DNA of 64,000 bases. It comes from an uncultured bacterium. Its GTDB lineage: Bacteria > Krumholzibacteriota > Krumholzibacteriia > Krumholzibacteriales > WJIX01. Position 1 is the stretch's first letter, and each line of letters begins with the position of its first letter. The translations under genes were made by a program, and so were the position numbers. The stretch is taken from NCBI GenBank assembly GCA_964554125.1, contig CAZKNG010000004.1, positions 672 to 64,671 of the forward strand, given 5' to 3'. This document shows, in pieces, positions 59,563 through 64,000 of this stretch. The notes beneath the pieces were generated by a model that was given only the letters and a program-made list of their open reading frames with translations, had not been told where the DNA came from and ran no database searches.

Positions 59563-60291
59563 ATGAATTTGTCTTTACAGAAAGATACCGCTGTTATACC
59601 GGCGCGCTACGGTTCAAAGAGGTTTCCCGGGAAACCTCTTGCTTTGATAAACGGAACTCCCATGATAGTTCATGTTCTTAGAAGAGCGGGAAGTATCAAG
59701 GGTGTCGACAGCGTTCTGGTAGCTACTGATGACAGAAGGATTGCCGATGCCGTAACCGCTGCCGCCGGCCGCGCGGTTATCACCTCCGAATACCACGACA
59801 CCGGCACTTCAAGGGTACGTGAAGTTGTCTTTGATAACGACTCCGATATTGTCTTGAATATCCAGGGCGATGAGCCTCTGCTCCCGGTAAAAGGGGTAGA
59901 AAAACTGATAGAGGTCATGAAAACCGACCGGTCTGTAAAGATGGGGACCCTGGCCTCTTTTTCAGATTCAGAGACTGAGATGAACAGCCGTGATGTTGTA
60001 AAGGTTGTTTTTGATCTCTCCGGCAACGCTCTCTATTTTTCCCGTCTGCCGGTTGGAGTTTCAGGCGGGGGATTCCACCGGCATATAGGAATCTACATTT
60101 ACAGGAGATCTTTTTTGCTCGAATATGAAAACCTTCCCAGAGGCCCCCTGGAAAAAATAGAATCTCTCGAACAGCTCAGGGCGCTTGAGAATGGTATTGA
60201 TATCAGAGTTATAACCTGCCGCGCGGTTTCCGGAGGGGTTGACAGACCCGAAGATATAAAAAGGGTTGAATCTTTTTTTGATAATTTGTAG
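59563..60291 (+). CDS. kdsB: 3-deoxy-manno-octulosonate cytidylyltransferase
   Basis: AVIPARYGSKRFPGKPL N-terminus. Confidence 0.85.
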   Translation: MNLSLQKDTAVIPARYGSKRFPGKPLALINGTPMIVHVLRRAGSIKGVDSVLVATDDRRIADAVTAAAGRAVITSEYHDTGTSRVREVVFDNDSDIVLNIQGDEPLLPVKGVEKLIEVMKTDRSVKMGTLASFSDSETEMNSRDVVKVVFDLSGNALYFSRLPVGVSGGGFHRHIGIYIYRRSFLLEYENLPRGPLEKIESLEQLRALENGIDIRVITCRAVSGGVDRPEDIKRVESFFDNL

Positions 60292-60342
60292 AGTGTTTTT
60301 AAGTAACCGCAGCTTTTTTAAGAGATAAAGATCGGTAGAAGA

Positions 60343-61995
60343 GTGAACGGAAAGGTAAAATATATTTTTATTACGGGTGGTGTGGTATCTTCTCTCGGAA
60401 AGGGAATAGCGGCGTCCTCACTCGGACTGCTGCTTAAGCAGCGGGGTTTGAATGTTGTCCTCCAGAAATTTGATCCCTATCTGAACGTTGATCCCGGGAC
60501 GATGAGTCCCTTCCAGCATGGTGAGGTTTTTGTGACAGACGACGGGGCTGAAACCGATCTAGACCTGGGTCATTATGAACGTTTCACAGATAAGAATCTG
60601 AGTCAGAAATCGAATGTTACAACAGGCCAGGTATACGAAGCTGTTATAAACCGAGAACGTGAGGGAGCATACCTGGGGGGGACGGTTCAGGTTATTCCGC
60701 ATATTACAGATGAAATAAAGAAGAGAATAATGAGAGCGGCGGGTGAAGATGACGATGTTGATATTGTAATCACGGAGATTGGCGGAACAACGGGAGATAT
60801 CGAAGGTTTGCCTTTTCTTGAAGCGATAAGGCAGCTTCGTTTTGAACTTGGAAAAGAGAATGTTTTATATGTTCATCTTACCCTCGTGCCATATATTAAA
60901 GCCGCTCATGAGATTAAGACGAAACCTACTCAGCACAGCGTCAAGGGGTTGAGGGAGATCGGGATACAACCTGATATTCTGCTCTGCAGATCTGAAAGGC
61001 CGCTTGAAGACGGGATAAGAGATAAGATATCCCTCTTCTGCAATGTTGATAAAGAGGCTGTTATTGAAGCCCTTGATGCTGATTCAATATATGAAGTTCC
61101 TCTGGGGCTGAGCAGCAAAGGACTTGATGATATTGTAATAAGAAAACTTGCCATAAAAAGCTCAGAGCCCGATCTTACCCTATGGAAAGAAATGATAACC
61201 AAAATCAAATCTCCCGGAGAGAATGTACAGATCGCCGTATGCGGTAAGTACATCCATCTTGTCGACGCCTACAAGAGTATTATAGAATCTTTCACTCACG
61301 CGGGAGCAGCTAACGATGTCAGGGTTAATATTAAATGGGTAAACGCGGAGAGAGTTGAGGAAGACGGGCCTGAGGGGTGTTTTGAAGATGTAGACGGGGT
61401 TTTGATCCCGGGCGGTTTTGGCGAAAGAGGGATAGAAGGTAAGATAAACGCGGTTAAATACGCCAGAGAAAATGGTATTCCCCTGCTCGGTATCTGTCTC
61501 GGTCTTCAATGCGCCGTTATCGAGTTTGCCCGCAATGTCTGCGGACTTGAAGCGGGAAGTTCCGAATTTGACCCCGATGTGAAAGATCCGGTCATTGATC
61601 TTATGCTTGAACAGCGCAGTAAATCGAAGATGGGCGGTACTATGCGGCTTGGTTCCTATCCATGTAATATAAAAGAGGGTTCTCTTGCCGAGCAGCTTTA
61701 CGGTTCCCTTCAGATCAATGAAAGGCACCGTCACCGCTGGGAGGTTAACAATGAATACCGCCGGGTGCTTGGCGAGAACGGTCTCGTGTTTTCAGGGCTT
61801 TCTCCGGATGGCAACCTTGTCGAAATAGTTGAACTCCCCTCACATCCTTTCTTTATTGCCGCTCAGTTTCATCCGGAGTTTAAATCCCGTCCACAGAAAG
61901 CCCATCCGCTTTTCAAGGGATTGGTCAAGGCGGCCGCGGAATATTCTGTTTCGGCATCTGAGGGATCGAATAATAAAGTAAAGCAGGATGGATGA
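60343..61995 (+). CDS. pyrG: CTP synthase
   Basis: [17 protein letters not shown]-terminus. Glutamine amidotransferase Cys (GICLGLQ). Confidence 0.9.
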   Translation: MNGKVKYIFITGGVVSSLGKGIAASSLGLLLKQRGLNVVLQKFDPYLNVDPGTMSPFQHGEVFVTDDGAETDLDLGHYERFTDKNLSQKSNVTTGQVYEAVINREREGAYLGGTVQVIPHITDEIKKRIMRAAGEDDDVDIVITEIGGTTGDIEGLPFLEAIRQLRFELGKENVLYVHLTLVPYIKAAHEIKTKPTQHSVKGLREIGIQPDILLCRSERPLEDGIRDKISLFCNVDKEAVIEALDADSIYEVPLGLSSKGLDDIVIRKLAIKSSEPDLTLWKEMITKIKSPGENVQIAVCGKYIHLVDAYKSIIESFTHAGAANDVRVNIKWVNAERVEEDGPEGCFEDVDGVLIPGGFGERGIEGKINAVKYARENGIPLLGICLGLQCAVIEFARNVCGLEAGSSEFDPDVKDPVIDLMLEQRSKSKMGGTMRLGSYPCNIKEGSLAEQLYGSLQINERHRHRWEVNNEYRRVLGENGLVFSGLSPDGNLVEIVELPSHPFFIAAQFHPEFKSRPQKAHPLFKGLVKAAAEYSVSASEGSNNKVKQDG

Positions 61996-62825
61996 TTGAT
62001 ATGGATCCTCTTGTAATTGGAGAGCATAGGCTCTCCCTCCGGGAAAAACCGATACTTATAGCCGGCCCCTGTGCGTTGGAAGATGAAGAAGACGCGGTAA
62101 GAATTGCCGGCAAATGTGCCGAGATGGCTGAAGAAAACGGATTTTTCTATATTTTCAAATCAAGTTACCTTAAGGACAACAGATCTTCCCTGGATTCATA
62201 TGTGGGCCCCGGGCTTGAAGATGGGCTTAGAATCTTAGATAGAGTGCGCAGTGAAGTCGGCGTCCCTGTATTGACAGATATTCATTGCCGGGAGGAAATT
62301 CCCAGTGTTGCCGATGTGTGCGATGTTGTGCAGATCCCCGCCTTTCTTGCGAGGCAGACGAGGCTCATTGTATCCGCGGCGAAAACGGGAAAGGTTCTGA
62401 ATCTTAAGAAAGCTCAGTTTCTTTCACCGGAAGAAATGGAACTGGCGGTTGACAAAGCGCGAAGAAGCGGGGCTGCTTCAGTGATGGTCACTGAGAGAGG
62501 GACCCTTTTCGGCTATAATAATCTTGTTGTCGATATGACATCATTTCCGAGGATGAGACACTTCGGGGTGCCTTTGATAATGGATGTAACCCATTCCCTG
62601 CAGCTTCCGGGAGGTTCGGGAACACAAAGCGGGGGGCGTCCTGAATTCGCCGGCATTATAGCCCGGTCCGCCGCAGCAGCAGGATGCGACGGGTTCTTTA
62701 TAGAAACTCATTTTGACCCCTCTTCCTGTAAATCTGACGCGGAGTCAATGCTTCAGATAGATAAGATGCCGGATATCTTAAGGGAAGTATCAGAGATTTT
62801 TGACCTTGTAAATTCCTTTGATTAA
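61992..62825 (+). CDS. kdsA: 3-deoxy-8-phosphooctulonate synthase
   Basis: [20 protein letters not shown] and [11 protein letters not shown] blocks. Overlaps the pyrG stop. Confidence 0.85.
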   Translation: MIDMDPLVIGEHRLSLREKPILIAGPCALEDEEDAVRIAGKCAEMAEENGFFYIFKSSYLKDNRSSLDSYVGPGLEDGLRILDRVRSEVGVPVLTDIHCREEIPSVADVCDVVQIPAFLARQTRLIVSAAKTGKVLNLKKAQFLSPEEMELAVDKARRSGAASVMVTERGTLFGYNNLVVDMTSFPRMRHFGVPLIMDVTHSLQLPGGSGTQSGGRPEFAGIIARSAAAAGCDGFFIETHFDPSSCKSDAESMLQIDKMPDILREVSEIFDLVNSFD

Positions 62826-62954
62826 AGTGATATTGATTGACAGATTATTTAGAGCGGAAATATTATTTTATCCGTTGATCTATTAATATATTGGCCTGAT
62901 ATTAATCTCAAGGGCTTTAGGATATAGATACTCAGCTGGGAGGAAATTACTGAT

Positions 62955-63998
62955 ATGGGGAAAAAGGGTTCTTCTGAAATTAAAGGATCCGGAGAGCAGC
63001 GTTTTTCCGGAGAGAGTAACGGTCAGAGGAAGATATCGGATGTAGGACGTGAAGTTGTCTTAAAAGAGATTGAAGGGCTCAAGGGGTTATATGACGGGAT
63101 CGGGGAGGAATTCGAAGAGGCGGTAAAGATCCTTCTCGACTGCCGCGGGAAAGTTATCGTCTGCGGGATCGGCAAATCGGGTATTATTGCGAGGAAGATA
63201 GCCGCCACGCTGAGCAGTACCGGCACCCCCGCTGTTTATCTGCACTCCGTGGAAGCCGGGCACGGTGATATGGGAATGGTAACCGGGGATGATGTTTTTC
63301 TGGCTGTAAGCAAGAGCGGGGGCAACGAGGAAGTAACGAGGCTTATCCCATATCTTAAGGCTATCAGAGTAAAAATGATTTCCATTACGGCAAACGCGGA
63401 TTCCAGACTTGCCCAAGAGAGCGATGTGGTGCTGCTGATAGATTCTAAAGAAGAAGCGGGTTCAATGGGAGTAGTTCCGACTACGACTACAACGGTTTCT
63501 CTGGTTTTAGGCGACGCTCTGGCAGTAGCCGTATTGACGAAGAAGAATTTCAGCCGTGAGGACTTCGCGATACTTCATCCGGGGGGCGTTCTGGGGAGAA
63601 AGCTCTACCTTAAGGTTTCAGGATTGATGCATGTTGAAGATGAGCTGCCCCTTGTCAGTATGGATACCTCTCTTAAGGAAGCCCTGATTGAGATAATCGA
63701 CAAGAAGCTGGGTTGTACCGGTGTTACCGACCCGGGCGGCAGGCTGGCAGGAATTATCACAGACGGCGACTTAAAGAGGATTCTCACGGAAAATCCTTCC
63801 GCTCTGGGCACTTCCGTATCTAAGCTCATGACTGAATCACCGATGACAGTAAGCCCGGATCTGCTTGTCGTCCAAGCCCTCAAGCAGATGGAAATGAATC
63901 CGAAGGGTCAGATTACTCAGCTCTTTGTTCTCGATGATGACGGCTATCCGGTAGGGGTAATTCATATCCACGATATTATCCGGGCGGGGTTGAAATAA
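62955..63998 (+). CDS. kdsD: Arabinose-5-phosphate isomerase KdsD/GutQ (SIS + tandem CBS) with ~35 aa N-terminal extension
   Basis: SIS block (GIGKSGII). C-terminal CBS pair. Confidence 0.8.
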   Translation: MGKKGSSEIKGSGEQRFSGESNGQRKISDVGREVVLKEIEGLKGLYDGIGEEFEEAVKILLDCRGKVIVCGIGKSGIIARKIAATLSSTGTPAVYLHSVEAGHGDMGMVTGDDVFLAVSKSGGNEEVTRLIPYLKAIRVKMISITANADSRLAQESDVVLLIDSKEEAGSMGVVPTTTTTVSLVLGDALAVAVLTKKNFSREDFAILHPGGVLGRKLYLKVSGLMHVEDELPLVSMDTSLKEALIEIIDKKLGCTGVTDPGGRLAGIITDGDLKRILTENPSALGTSVSKLMTESPMTVSPDLLVVQALKQMEMNPKGQITQLFVLDDDGYPVGVIHIHDIIRAGLK

Positions 63999-64000
63999 CT

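Noticed and set aside
1-64000. CRISPR arrays, rRNA and tRNA genes
   Set aside because: I scanned intergenic gaps longer than 150 bp for regularly spaced direct repeats or tRNA-like T-arm / anticodon architecture. Nothing I could support was found. The scan was by eye, so a tRNAscan/Infernal run would settle it.

Overview
This 64 kb window is chromosomal DNA from a Gram-negative (diderm) bacterium. The diderm call rests on the Kdo/LPS genes kdsB-pyrG-kdsA-kdsD, an AsmA-like protein, an outer-membrane beta-barrel protein and a TolB-like S9 peptidase. I found no rRNA, tRNA or CRISPR array by eye. Most of the window is ordinary housekeeping: moaC, a MOSC-domain protein and a MogA/MoaB-family gene; purB-purL-purQ-purS-purF; rplU-rpmA; tal; htrA; truA; ecfT; fumarate-hydratase-type Fe-S hydrolyase subunits; tldD; and an RNase G gene preceded by a B12-radical-SAM/DUF2344 fusion. 

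Three regions stand out.

- **Region 1, ~6.6-16.9 kb (the most interesting).** It holds paralogs of primary-metabolism enzymes that have lost key catalytic residues:
  - A PaaK/CapK-type adenylate-forming ligase is fused at its C-terminus to a PanD-like domain lacking the Gly-Ser self-processing site and the catalytic Tyr. A canonical panD lies immediately downstream.
  - An AsnB-like protein keeps its ATP-binding PP-loop but has Pro where the glutaminase Cys should be.
  - A PurF-like PRTase has Ser in place of the nucleophilic Cys, while a canonical purF sits elsewhere in the window.
  - Also present: a macro-domain protein, a PAP2 phosphatase, an outer-membrane beta-barrel, an M50 site-2 protease with CBS domains, and a class II aldolase.
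  - I read this as a candidate, undescribed beta-alanine / amide-forming modification or biosynthetic locus.
- **Region 2.** A STAS-domain protein sits next to a GAF-histidine-kinase-like protein whose phospho-acceptor His is replaced by Phe, suggesting a partner-switching module.
- **Region 3.** A umuD-umuC-SRAP(yedK) translesion/SOS operon is preceded by two small overlapping genes of unknown function. 

A decayed accessory islet carries an alcohol-dehydrogenase N-terminal fragment, an IS91-like transposase C-terminal fragment, and a vapBC toxin-antitoxin pair driven by a consensus sigma70 promoter with an operator palindrome. 

All calls come from reading the translations and sequence by eye; no database searches were run.
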